Assembly (NCBI RefSeq): GCF_009914755.1
Contig: NC_060938.1
Source: the human T2T-CHM13v2.0 reference genome, Homo sapiens
Direction: 5' to 3' (one strand)
Length of the DNA: 64,000 bases
Position numbers and translations under genes: made by a program
Notes under the pieces: model-generated
What the model was told of the DNA's origin: nothing
The model's input: the letters and a program-made list of their open reading frames with translations, nothing else
The model's database searches: none
Part shown: one piece after another, positions 49,658 through 63,670 of the stretch
Layout: each line of letters starts with the position of its first letter
How positions within the stretch are numbered: position 1 is the stretch's first letter

Positions 49658-52600
49658 TTAAACTTTTCTCAATTTTTCCATGTCCAAAATAATAATAATA
49701 ATAACAGTAATAATAATATATACCTCATACAATGTTAAGAATTCAATTAATATTTAACACACAAACTTAATTAATTACAACATATTTATTAATATATAAT
49801 TAATTAAGCATCTCTGGCAGAGTGTGATGCATATTGAATATTATATGTTACATATTAGTACAGTTTAATTTCCATCCTGAAGAAGATTGTTGTCTTGCCT
49901 CAGAGGCTTCTCAGGGCATTTCCTCTCAAAGCTCAGTGTCATTAACAGACACATGGTGATTAACCAGGTTCACCAGAACCACTTGAGGGATATCAAATCG
50001 GGGTCTCATTTCCTACAGACTCTGAACTCACAGAACTGTGATTTCCTACTCAATTAACAAATTTTCATGGCCATGATACAGAATGTGTAACACATCTCTT
50101 GATATATTTGCTTTTCTCTGTGTTAGAAAACTAGGGGTCATTAGCATTAACATAAAAGCAAACACTAGAAAATGTCTCTCTGCATCCCTCCTTTTCTGTA
50201 GAAACTTGGTAGGTAAAGTCCTGGTGACTGGGTTTCTGAGGACCACAGATACCAGGTGTGGTTCCATCCATTTTTATGGTCTTTCATATATTAATAGAAA
50301 TCCCATCAGCTTCTCTTTCCCTTACTTCCTCACCACTCTTTTCCTATTTGGGATCCTCTCAGTCACCCCCCTAGAAATCAGCTTTTAGGAAGTTTTATAC
50401 GTGAACTACCATTGGACAAAATGAATTGGAAGGCAGGAATCCTACACACCAGAATATTAGAGCTTGAAAGGACCTCAGAGAAGATTTAATCACATCAGTG
50501 GCTTGCAGAGGGTCCCATAGCTAATGACAGAATTTGACAGGAACATTTGATAATCTCTGAAATTCTTTTCACTTCAACATTTCTATGATTACTATATTTT
50601 ATATTCAAAGAGTAATGGAATAGCAATAAGGAAAATATAAAAAGGACATTTATTTAGAAAAAGATAATTACTGTACTTCAAAAAGTGTAACAAGTCACCA
50701 CTTTAACTGTTCACTGAATCAAATACTATAGCAGATACTAAAAACGAAGCAAAACAAAACAAATTTGCCAACAATTGAACAACAATAACAAAACAAAAAA
50801 ACAAGGAAGGGAAAAGTCCGCTCTCAAAATGCTTATCAACTATGAGAAGAAATAATACAGTCTGAAGAATTGTTTAGGTAACAATATATTGCAATGCATA
50901 AAATCAATGATGTAAGACATATTAGCTCTGAAAAAAATAAAGACAGAGAAGTCAATAAAAGAATTGAAGAAGATTCCCTGAAGAGACGGGGCTTAGATTA
51001 AACCTTGAAGGGTGACGTTATAAAACTGCACTGTATTTTAGTTCTAAAACCATTGAAAATTTTGAAACAAATATTGTAAAATTATTTTAAAAATAGATTT
51101 TCTGGAAAAAGAGTGGGACACAATTATAACTGACCAGAAAAAAATGGCATATCAAACACATTCTTTCTTTGTCAAGTTTCCTATAGTGAAGTTTCACAAT
51201 TCCCCGACCACGTCTCATATGGAAGAGCACTTTGCTGACTATCATCTCAGCTTCTAAGATGAGCTGGGGAAAGTAGTTGTTTAAGTAGAGGCAATGTATT
51301 TGCTGTGGGGAGAGAAGTATGACTAAAGGAACTTTTATGCCAGGAATGAAGTTTGGTGCTGAGGTCTCAGTGTTTGAAGCTCATCCAGTTTGAGACAACT
51401 CTCAATTTTCTTTGTGCATGTATACATTGAATTTTTTGCACAATGGGAAGTGTTTTTACATCTCTCTACATTTACTCCTGGTTTCATTTATTAGACCATA
51501 ATTAGAAATCAACTTCTAAAATCATGTAAACTCAATGGAGGTAAATAAGGAACAGAAAAATCTAGTCAATTAAAAAAAGAAAAAGTGAAGAAATAAATTA
51601 AATGACTCTACAGAACCACACTTCAGATAGCTTTGATTAGACCAACAACTCTTGGAGTTTAAGACATAGCATCTTGAAATTATACTTAATAGTCCCTTAA
51701 AGTGTTTGCTAGGTACGTCTTTAACAATGAACCATGGACACTCAGTGTTAGGCTTTTCTGTGACTATGAGAATCAAAGATTAAAGAGCATGCTCAGATAA
51801 GTGATTGTCAATAGACAATATGAGGCAGGGAAAGAGAGGACTCCATCAATGGATGGATTAGAATGGGAACTGGAATACGCCTTTACTCAAATTTTCTTAG
51901 GTTGGTGATTATATGACCTATCTGTATTTTTTCCTTAGGGTTAATTTCCCAGGTTGCTTTCCTAAGGCTTAGAACTGATGGCTTTACTTTACAGCATATG
52001 CAAACTTTAATATAATGGAAACCATGACATTTATTTGGTTATAATTCCGGTAATGTATATATTAAGATGCTGAACGGGCACACAAAATTCATAGCCTGAT
52101 AAGGAAACAATTATACTATATTCTCAACCTCAATCAGCCAACCATCGAATATTGACTAAAACAAAATATGAACAACCCAACTTAAGAGATTTGGTCTTAT
52201 TACAAGGACTGAGAAGGCAGGTTTATAATGTTCCGAGAGCCATATAAATAAAGAACATTATTACTATTTTTTGTTTAACCTTTATTCATTATTAGATCTC
52301 TCCAGTAATCATTAAACACATTCATAAATTGAATTGGCTGTACTTCATCACAAGAAACACTTTTAAGATTACGTCTTTTTAACTATGCCAACTTCCTTAA
52401 CTTTTACAGCAATTTTAAACAAGTAAGGCAGTTTACAGTTGGTACAGGCTCAATATAAACCCATAGAAACTATTGAGTCAGTATAGTAAGATGTATATTC
52501 ATTTCTTTATCGTTGTTAAATTATCTATCCACCTATATTGCCATATGTATATATATGTATCCACCCATCCATCAACTTATTAATCTATCTGCCCATATAC

Positions 52601-53162
52601 TTACCTATTGGCTATTTTATCTATTCGACTCCTTAAAATCTATTCATCAGTCATCTAAATATCCATCTGTATTTATACTCAGGCTAAGGAAATATTACTC
52701 AGAATATTATGTAAATTTTGACAATTCTAGGGAATTGGCTAATTATTAGTGATTACAATAGCTCAGTTTTATACATTAAACATTTCTTCTACATGTAGCT
52801 CTCAGAATGACAATGACCAAAATGCTCTTGGAGATAATCTGGCCCTAGTTCAATAGAGAGGAAAAGGAAGAGAGAGACAGAGAGAGAGAGAGCATCTTTT
52901 ATGCTAGATTCTTTCATTGAATAGCTTACTTGGGAAAGTAACATCATTCCCTGGTTCTCAATTTCATCATCTGTAGAATAAATAGATTTGACTAGATGAT
53001 TTGTATTTTCTAAAACCTCCACTTATTAGATATATATGTTGAGGAACCTCTGTTTAATGAAGTCCTTACATCAAATACTGTGTTTAACCATAGGGAGAAT
53101 GGCTCAGATCCTTTAAACCCCACTATTTACAATGTGGCTTTGGATTAAAAAATGGTACAGTA

Positions 53163-54742
53163 GCGCCCTCACCCTCGCCCTCGCCCTCTTTGCACGGTCT
53201 CCCTCTGATGCCCAGCCGAGGCTGGACTGTACTGCCGCCATCTCGGCTCACTGCAACCTCCCTGCCTGATTCTCCTGCCTCAGCCTGCCGAGTGCCTGGG
53301 ATTGCAGGCGCGCGCCGCCACGCCTGACTGGTTTTTGTATTTTTTGGTGGAGACGGGGTTTCGCCGTGTTGGCCGGGCTGGTCTCCAGATCCTGACCGCG
53401 AGTGATCTGCCAGCCTCGGCCTCCCGAGGTGCCGGGATTGCAGACGGAGTCTCACTCACTCAGTGCTCAATGTTGCCCAGGCTGGAGTGCAGTGGCGTGA
53501 TCTCGGCTCGCTACAACCTCCACCTCCCAGCCGCCTGCCTTGGCCTCCCAAAGTGCCGAGATTGCAGCATCTGCCCGGCCGCCACCCCGTCTGGGATGTG
53601 AGGAGCGTCTCTGCCTGGCCGCCCATCGTCTGGGAAGTGAGGAGCATCTCTGCCCGGCAGCCATCCCGTCTAGGAAGTGAGGAGCGCCTCTTCCCGGCCG
53701 CCATCCTGTCTAGGAAGTGAGGAGCGTCTCTGCCTGGCCACCCATCGTCTGGGATGTGAGGAGCCCCTCTGCCTGGCCGCCCAGTCTGGGAAGTGAGGAG
53801 CGCCTCTGCCCAGCCGCCACCCCGTCTAGGAAGTGAGGAGCGTCTCTTCCATGCCGCCCATCGTCGGGGATGTGAGGAGCCCCTCTGCCTGGCCGCCCAG
53901 TCTGGGAAGTGAGGAGCACCTTTGCCCGGCTGCGACCCCGTCTGGGAACTGAGGAGTGTCTCTGCCCCGCCGCCACCCCGTCTGGGAGGTGAGGAGCGTC
54001 TCTGACCGGCCGCCCAGTCTGGGAAGTGAGGAGCCCCTCCGCCTGGCAGCCGCCCTATCTGGGAAGTGAGGAGCGTCTCCACCCGGCAGCCGCCCCGTCC
54101 AGGAGGTGGGGGGCAGCCCCCGCCCGGCCAGCCGCCCCGTCCGGGAGGTGGGGGGCGCCTCTGCCTGGCCGCCCCATCTGCGAAGTGAGGAGCCCCTCTG
54201 CCCGGCCGCCGCCCCGTCTGGGAGGTGCACCCAACAGCTCATTGAGAACGGGCCATGATGACGATGGCGGTTTTGTCAAATAGAAAAGGGAGAAATGTGG
54301 GGAAAAGAAAGAGAGATCAGATTGTTACTGTGTTTGCTACAAAGAAGTAGACATAGGAGACTCCATTTTGTTCTATACTAAGAAAAATTCTTCTGCCTTG
54401 GGATGCTGTTAATCTATAACCTTACCCCCAACCCCGTGCTCTCTGAAACATGTGCTGTGTCCACTCAGGGTTAAATGGATTAAGGGAGGTGCAAGATGTG
54501 CTTTGTTAAACAGATGCTTGAAGGCAGCAAGCTCGTTAAGAGTCATCACCACTCCCTAATCTCAAGTACCCAGCGACACAAACACTGCGGAAGGCGGCAG
54601 GGCCCTCTTCCTAGGAAAACCAGAGACCTTTGTTCACATGTTTATCTGCTGACTTTCCCTCCACTATTGTCCTATGACCCTGCCAAATCCCCCTCTCCGA
54701 GAAACACCCAAGAATGATCAATAAATACTAAAAAAATTTTTA
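53163..54742 (+). mobile_element. SVA retrotransposon (older subfamily, SVA_B/C-like, tentative)
   Basis: Short hexamer head, antisense Alu-like region (~53190-53570), GC-rich VNTR (~53570-54230), SINE-R, AATAAA at 54720; 16-bp TSD aaaaaatggtacagta (53147-53162, 54743-54758) at a TT|AAAA site. Confidence 0.97.
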
Positions 54743-55650
54743 AAAAAATGGTACAGTAAACATCATGACACCAAAACAATTTGTTACTGCTTAGGAAATA
54801 AATATCTATATTTTTAAGTGAATGATGTAGATTTTGTCTCTAATTAGCATGATTTTGAAAAACCTAGTGTATCATTGGGTCTTATTTTTATCTTTTGTAG
54901 AACAGGGCTATGGATGAGATTTGTTGTATAGTACTCTAGGTTCCTTTTAATCTTTTAGATAGATAGATAGATAGACAGATAGCTAGATGTGATAGATACA
55001 CATAGATATAGATATGACTATAAGAATTTGCATGGAGTTTCCTATACTGTTTTAAAACTATGAAGTCCACTCTAGGGAACGTAGGGACTAAAGATAAGTA
55101 AGATACATTCCTATTCTTACCCACAATGGGTTACAAACATATTAAATGGCAAATATTTTTACTTACCAAAAACCCTCTATTGCCTTCTGAATTTTGAGCT
55201 ACAAAAAACCCACATTCATTAGCTTCTTGTCAGCAATAAACATTCTATTGCTACTTTAGTGTATAGGGTACTATACTAGGTGCTGCTGCTTTTATACTTG
55301 TCTTTTTTATTAGAGACTATTGCTAGAGATAGGGAGGAAATCTACTCTTTCTTAAAACATGTGAAAGTCTCAAAGGAAATTATATTCAGATAGATCTGAA
55401 AAAAATAAATATTAGACATTGTGGGTCCTTTCACACTAAAATGTTAAGTATACATTTTATAATGCTCTATAGTAAATGTTAGGTTGTGTAAGAAACAATT
55501 AATATGACCAGAACTTCATGACAGCTGAGGCTGATTACAGAAACAGTTCTACCATGAACTAATTGAGTTCTTGCAATAGCATCAATATGTTGACCAACTG
55601 AATGAGGGGGATAAATGCTGAACAGGTATTTTATTTTCCTATGAGGAAAA

Positions 55651-56598
55651 TTAAGGAGTATGATCAGTCTTCCTAGATTTAAAGATATGGCTGCTTAGTT
55701 TCCTCATGGAATACTTGACATCTTTATTCCTAACGGTATAGATCACTGGATTCAAGAGGGGAGTGTATATGGTATAAAATACTGAGAGTACTTTGTCTAT
55801 TGGGAAATTTGTGAAAGGCCACACATAAATGAAAGTGCATGGGCCAAAGAAAAGGGTCACAACAGTAAAGTGGGCACTGCACGTGGAGAGGGCTTTGGAG
55901 GATCCACCAGAGGAACGCTGCCGAACGGTGACCAGGATGATAGTGTAAGAGATCACCAAGAGGATGAAGCACACCAGGGCAATCATGCCACTGGTTGAGA
56001 TCATGAACACCCCCAGAATATATGTGTCGACACAAGCAAGTTTAATCACCAAAGGGAGGTCACAAAAGAAACTGTCTACTTCATTGGGTCCACAGAAGGG
56101 CAGATTCACTGTAAATGCTAACTGACTCAGAGCATGGAAGATGCCGACAATCCAGGAAAGTATCACAAGCCCAACACACATTCTTCGGCTCATGATTGTT
56201 AGGTAATGTGGAGGCTTACAGATAGCCACGTACCTATCAAAGGACATGGAGATCAGCAGTACAATCTCAGCACCCCCTAAGAGATGTAGGAAGAACATCT
56301 GGGTCATGCAGCCTTCAAAAGAGATGGCTTTGTGTTCTCTAAGGAAGTCTGCAATCATTTTGGGGGTGGCAAATGAGGCCAGGGACATGTCAATGAAGGA
56401 GAGATTGCCCAGCAGAAAGTACGTAGGGGAATGAAGGTGTGGCTCTGATGCAATGGTGACCACAATAAGAAGGTTCCCCAGCACAGTGGCTGCATAGACT
56501 ATGGAGAAAAACAGGAAGTAGAAAATCTGGAGTTCTAAAGAACTGGACAGACCCCGTAGTATGAATTCGGTTACCGCAGACTGATTGCTCCAGGCCAT
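55651..56598 (-). CDS. OR4K3: Olfactory receptor family 4 subfamily K member 3 (315 aa from MAWSNQS; in-frame upstream ATG at 56628 gives 325 aa)
   Basis: NQS sequon, [36 protein letters not shown]; termini MAWSNQSAVTEF...KSRKTDHTP recognised. Confidence 0.92.
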   Translation of the reverse strand: MAWSNQSAVTEFILRGLSSSLELQIFYFLFFSIVYAATVLGNLLIVVTIASEPHLHSPTYFLLGNLSFIDMSLASFATPKMIADFLREHKAISFEGCMTQMFFLHLLGGAEIVLLISMSFDRYVAICKPPHYLTIMSRRMCVGLVILSWIVGIFHALSQLAFTVNLPFCGPNEVDSFFCDLPLVIKLACVDTYILGVFMISTSGMIALVCFILLVISYTIILVTVRQRSSGGSSKALSTCSAHFTVVTLFFGPCTFIYVWPFTNFPIDKVLSVFYTIYTPLLNPVIYTVRNKDVKYSMRKLSSHIFKSRKTDHTP

Positions 56599-57175
56599 TT
56601 GCTCTGATTTCTGGAAGGACTCTAGCATTTCCAGTTGGGAGGAGAACTAGGAAAAAATATAGCAATCAAACTCAAAGTGGGATTTTTGCACAGACTAATT
56701 TAGTGGCAGCCTACCATCAGATAGTTCCCTATTGTCTCTTTTCCAGACTCACAGTGGCCAAAAATTTTTCCCAATGGCCTTCCTAGATATTTCAAATGAT
56801 TCAATTACATATTATTTTTTATGACTTAGCAATTTGTTTTACAAGTAAAATACAAATATTCATAAAAGAAGTAAAAATTAATGGTTTCAAATATTTACTC
56901 CTCAGTTTGTGAAATACTTTTTAAATTTCACAGCTTGCTGACAGCAGCCTTTTGTAAGAAAAGGGAGTAAAAACCTTTTTCAAACATCATGAAGGGTGAA
57001 AGACGGAGGAGGAATATTTGAGGATCAAAGCTTATTATTAGTGGGAAGGATATGGGCACTGGTCTCTTGCAGTGGCTAGGAAAAAGGAATCAAACATGAG
57101 GGAAGGAGGATGGCTACAGAGAAACATCATCTGTTTCAATTTTCCAGTGGAGATTGTCTAGAATAAAAGTGAAAT

Positions 57176-57490
<315 letters not shown>

Positions 57491-59639
57491 TTATTTGTCC
57501 TTTATTTTAGTTATGCAGATATTATGAATGACACTTGATGTATGTCACCAATGCCATACATTTTTCAGAGGCTAATGAACATGTTCTGGTTAAAGCCTGA
57601 AGTACTCATACATTTCTAAGTACATTTTAAATAGAAAGACTGTTAAATACCATGCTGCCAGAAGCCAGGCAATTTTTAAATGCTAGAAATTATTGATTTC
57701 ACAGAAGCTGTTTGAAACAAAAAACACTCTTCCTGTTTCCAGAGTTTACATGGAGCAACTGTTGAGACAAGTTTACATCAGACAGAAGAGAGTAATGAAT
57801 TTATAAGTTATGTAATATAACGCACCTCAAAAGTTGTAACTTGGCTGATTAAGGAAATCTCTGTCTCACTGAGATCTGAGATTTACAAAGTGCACTGAAA
57901 GCCAATTGAAATGATGTGTACTCAAAATTCATAACAAAACTTTTTCATCTTTCTACTAATCCAAGCATTTGTTTTTCTTTTCTTCTCAAACCTCTGTTAC
58001 AACTATATATTCTAAACAAATTGTTCTAAGACCAAACCCAATTTACTCATTCAACTACCTATTGTTCTTTCGCTTTCTATTAAAAATGCTGTGGCCTTTG
58101 AAAAACAAATAAACAAAAAACCTTCACATTGTTCTTCTAGCTTTACCCATCCCAGAAACTTTTAAATTTCTTTTGTACTCACCTACCTGATTTTTAAATA
58201 GAAGTCTCTAGCACAGCACTCATTTAAATTGGTGTACCAGAAATAACAGTGACCTGAGAGTCAGAAAATGGGAATTGAAATCTTGTCCTAGGAGTGTGGG
58301 ATCAAGTAATTTACTGAGTCAACCGATGCTTCCAAGTCTTCATATGTAAAATAGGGGTGTTGATCTAGATAATTTTAAGATCCTTTCCACACATGTAATA
58401 TAATAACCAACTCCTGAAAGCAGGGACAACTGCGTCACAGTGAAGTTAGGTGAATCCCTTGCCTAATTTCTGGGGAAAGGAGGCTCACAGTCCTTGAGAC
58501 CTTTGTATTTATGACAGTTGTATTGATATGAAATAATTTTGTGAATTACATGGCAAGAAAAAGACCAGCTGCTGCTTGGGGAATAAACAAATGTTCAAGT
58601 TGCAGTGGGAGTTATTAAAACTTTCTAGTTGGTTTGGCCATATTTAAAGGTGAATTACAGAATGCATGATTGCTCGTAAATGTTTCATGTACAGGACATG
58701 GATGTGATTGGCTGGGAAAATATAAAGAATAACGCGTATCTTGGACCACAGCAAAGACAAGACAAATAGTATCTATTATTTGACTTATGAGACTACAAGT
58801 GTTATCTCCCAGTTCCTCCATTAACAAATGAGTATAAGGCCTGTGTATCCCCATTTGGAAAAAAACTGATACAGAAAATAATAAAATGAATGTTCGAGAA
58901 TTTAAATTTTGTACTATTCACTTGAATCATTATGGAGTAATGGAAGAAAAAAGTGAAAAGTGAAAAAATTCTGGTTTATAAATTCTAACTATGTAAAGAA
59001 TGTGAAGTAATCATCAAAATTTTAATATCTGCTAAAAATCAGAATAACAATCAATAAAATTTAAATGCCACCCATACTTAAATATTTCTCTATTAACAAG
59101 AAAGTTTTGACTATTTATATTTCACAGAGCTTGTATTCATAAGATGAAAAGAAATAACTTGATGAAACTGCATTATATGCCTCTAGTGTAATATAAAGAA
59201 CATTGAATCTCAGATTTGGAGGCCTGAGTTTACATCACAGTACAAGACTTTATTATATTATACTGAGTACATCACCACATTATCATAAATCTCAATCTCC
59301 TCATTTGCACTGAGAGATAAAAAAACAAAGCACTGGTATATCAGTACATAAAAAGCTATTAAATTAGACAATAAAAAGACCAAGAACCCTGCATAAAATG
59401 GGAAAAAAGCGCAAATAGCTATTTTCTATAGAAAAGATGCTCAAACTCTTTTTTATATGAACATATGTTGAAATTCATTGAGATACCACATATCAACTAT
59501 CATATGGTAAATGTTTCTATCAGGCAGCAAAATTCTAGCAGCTTGAACACCTGCTCTAGATGACACTACAGTGAGGTAATGCCAGAAGGAATATAAAATA
59601 ATAAAATCTCATGGAGGAACATTTAAATATATTAAATAT

Positions 59640-59668
59640 ACACATATATATTTAAATAGGTATATATA

Positions 59669-59699
<31 letters not shown>

Positions 59700-60162
59700 A
59701 TACACATATATATACCTATCTATATATATACACATATATATACCTATTTATATATATATACATATATATACCTATTTATATATATATACACATATATATA
59801 CCTATTTATATATATATACACATATATATACCTATTTATATATATATACACATATATATACCTATTTATATATATATACACATATATATACCTATTTATA
59901 TATACATACACATATATATACCTATTTATATATACATACACATATATATACCTATTTATATATACATACACATATATATACCTATTTATATATATATACA
60001 CATATATATACCTATTTATATATATATACACATATATATACCTATTTATATATATATACACATATATATACCTATTTATATATATATACACATATATATA
60101 CCTATTTATATATATATACACATATATATACCTATTTATATATATATACACATATATATACC

Positions 60163-60202
<40 letters not shown>
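59640..60202. repeat. AT-rich 30-bp minisatellite (~15-16 units) flanked by (TG)n and (TA)n
   Basis: Unit catatatatacctatttatatatatataca repeated in phase from ~59703 to 60170. Confidence 0.97.
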
Positions 60203-60208
<6 letters not shown>

Positions 60209-61052
60209 TCTAAGGAGAGGGAGATGATAGGGGACAATAGGATTGACATGTTGGAATGTCAGGGATAAAATCAAAACATCTCTGATTTTATCTACATTGT
60301 TAGTTTTGACTTAGGTTAAGAAATAGAGTTCAACTTAGAAAGCAGAGCTACCATGCACTGTAGGATAAGGCATTTACCATAGGAATTAGACCTTAAACAA
60401 TTCTGGAAGGACTTAGGAAAGCAAAGACATGAAACAGGGAGCTGCAGAATCAGAGGCAGCAATAGCCAGTCAATCGAGAAACCAAGCCCATCTAGCCAAT
60501 GAAGTAGAGGTCATGAAAGGAGCAAAATTTAGAAAATTTTGCTGGTAGAAAAATTTTTGTTCAGTTGCTACTTCTGAGGATCTGCAGGCAGGCAGCCTGA
60601 GGCTTCTGTTGATCCTCCAATTCAGAAGTTGGGAAAAAGGTGGACGCAGAGTGAAGTGGCTGAGAACAAAACAAGCTAGAAGCTGTTGGCACCTCTGCAT
60701 CTGTATAGCCACAAAGATCAGAGAGTAATGGCTGGTGCTTTGGGCTGCTTTTCAAATTCCAAACACATTTATTTTTAGACAACTCCAATACGGAAAGACG
60801 TGTAGAAAAGAATTCTGGGAACTGTAGTTCTCAGCTTAACCACTTTGACAATAGAAAGATGTAAGGTGCCACTCTCCGGTCTGTAGGAAAGACTCATGCA
60901 CTTGCATTATTTACCTGGGAGCTCCGCTGGTACTGGAACTTTCAGAACGGCTTTCCTAACATATCTTGTGCCTCACCTGGAGTGTATCAGATGGCTAGGG
61001 TCTGGCTGGTACTCCATATTTACATATAATATCTCATCATTCTGTATTCCTC

Positions 61053-61053
<1 letters not shown>

Positions 61054-61097
<44 letters not shown>

Positions 61098-61110
61098 CGC
61101 ACATGTGTGT
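61054..61110. repeat. (TG)n(CG)n compound microsatellite
   Basis: About 57 bp of uninterrupted purine-pyrimidine alternation. Confidence 0.95.
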
Positions 61111-61392
61111 CTATCTCTCAATGTTTCTTTGTATTTATTCTATTTATCCTAAGACCCTGATGAGTTAAAAAATAAAATATATAAACAGTGCTGGAGTCAC
61201 GCATTGACTTTTAAAACTTCTGCTCATGTGTGGCATATGATACTTCTAGTCACATTACATTGAACAAAGTCATGTATCCAAGGTTCTGGTAGATAAAGTG
61301 AGGGTTATACTCCTTCCACAGCATGTGAAGGTCCCTGAAGGGATGAGCCATATACAAAAAGGTAATCAATTTTGATTTTCTAAAATTCAGTC

Positions 61393-61679
61393 GGCTGGGT
61401 ATGGTGGCTCACTGTTCATCCCAGCACTTTGCGAGGTGGAGGTGGGCTGATCACTTGAGGTCAGGAGTTCGAGACCAGCCTGGCCAACACGGTGAAACCC
61501 CGCCTCTACTGAAAATATAATTAGCAGGGCATGGTGGCACATGCCTGTAATCTCAGCTACTCTGGAGGCTGAGACAGGAGAATCGCTTCAACCAGGTGGC
61601 GGAGGTTGCTGTGAGCCAAGATTGTACCATTGCACTCCTGGCTGGGTGACAAGAGTGAAACTCTGTCTGAAAAAAAAAA
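61393..61679 (+). mobile_element. AluS (Sx/Sq-like)
   Basis: Complete dimer; TSD aaaattcagtc on both sides. Confidence 0.93.
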
Positions 61680-63670
61680 AAAATTCAGTCTACTACATAG
61701 ACTGCACAGGAGAATAATCATATTATTAGTATTCAATAAATAAAAATATTCATAATGACAGTTACTTGGATGTCTCATTTAATTAATTACAATCACATTC
61801 ACATTTCTGGTAACTTAGTCAAAATTATCTCCTTATATCCATTTCATTAAATGATCTGTATTAAATTTCTCCCTTCTCCAAACTATCTAAATAAATGCTT
61901 ACATAATACTGCTTTCAAATAATCATAATTCTGCCCCTGACATTAAAATGACCCGTTATCTTTTATATCAAGTTAAATTTTTAGAAAGGCAGTCTTGCTC
62001 TTCTAAACTGCTAACTAAATATCCTGTTTCATGGCAAATAAGCTGCACTGTTTTCCTTCCCCGTGCATTTTTTTTCTTCTGCCAATTAATATTTTAGTTT
62101 TCATTCTAAGTCAAGTTCATGACATGTCTCCTGCAAGAACACTTGCTTGATTGATTCTGCACATTACCAGTTTTTTTTGTTTGTTTGTTTTTGTTTTTAA
62201 CTAAAGTCTAGTTCATCCATGGTCTCTGAGAATTGACTGAACATGAGGTTTATTTGGTGGTATTTTTCACCAATTGTTTTATTTATAGGTGTTTAATATT
62301 TCCAAATAACTGTAAATTACTTGAAGCAGAGATGAATGTTTGGATTTTGTTCTCCGTTGCTTCTAATATAGCATTAGAGAACCAAGAGTGCTTATTAGAA
62401 TTAGTTGATTTGATATTTCCTGCTGCTTTTTGAAATTAGGACTTTCCCAACTTCTAGTCCCTGACTCTCTCAGGTCCAGGTGAAAACAATCTTTGTAAAT
62501 TCCCATAAGATTCTTGAAATATCTTTCCTTTGTCAACTCAATAATGCCATCTTTGTTGTTTAATAAATCCCATTGCAAGGTGATTTCTTGTTCAATTCCC
62601 ATGTCCCTACAACATCCATTTTATCCACAGCTGATACACAACTAATGATTCAACTAGGTCATTTATTTATATTTTAAATTGCCTTCGATGCTCTGTCAGA
62701 AGCCTACTTAACACTGAATAATCTAAAGCCCTGGTTCTTCTATAGATCTGGTAAGTAAAAGTGTTTTACAAATGAGTTCTACTGAAATATTTTAAATGTT
62801 TGCCCTTCCCACTCCCATTTCCTAATCCCTATTCCATGAAGCTTAGGTCAATACAACATTTTACATATGTTAACATTTACAGAAGAAGAATTCAAACAGA
62901 GGTGAAATGAAAGAGACTGATCTTTGAGCACTTTCCCATGAAAATGTTGTTATATATCCTTTGTGATATAAAATTTTAAATCATAGAATTATAAATATTT
63001 ATAAGGAACACAGTCATATTTTAATTAAAAAGAAAGGACCAAAAGAAGTTAAATGCCTTTCCTTTGTCTATATGACTGTATTGTAATAAATTAGTCTCTC
63101 TGGATGAATATCAGCAAAACTAACTTTCTATGTATTTCTTTTGAGTTTCAAACAGGAAACTTTATCTGGGAATACTTTAACAGTTCATCTCTGGAAATTT
63201 ACAAGAGCTCTACAACTGTCCATCGAAACTTCACTATAATGTGCTTAAGAGCCCTTATATGTGATATAATTTTTATATGTTTTCATCAGTAAGGATATCT
63301 TTATGGACAAATTCCAAATGACTAAACATGTATGTGTATGTGTGTTTCACACATTGTCAGCATAAAGTAAGTTCTTACTGTTATCGTTAGACTTACACAG
63401 ATGAATAGATGGACAAATAGGTAGGTATGTCTGTTCAGAATGATATTATCTTGGTTGGATTGCCATTAGTATCAGAAAAGAAAGTGTTCTTTTCAATACC
63501 TATGATTTAAGGAACATTTTGCTATAAGCTCTAATATTTCATAATTTCCATTCAAAACAATATACCAAATGAGAAGGATGGAAAGAATAGTCAAGGTAAG
63601 TTTTATGAGAAGATAAAATTTCTGAAAGTAGATAATTGGAAATGAATCTTTTGCTTCTATTGAATCTGAC

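Noticed and set aside
53123-54717. Repetitive ORFs up to 208 aa and a repeat array superficially like CRISPR repeat-spacer units
   Set aside because: This is the SVA Alu-like region and VNTR; there are no unique spacers or cas genes, and the context is eukaryotic.
59668-60274. 176-198-aa Y/I/H/T-repeat ORFs on both strands
   Set aside because: Artefact of a stop-free 30-bp minisatellite.
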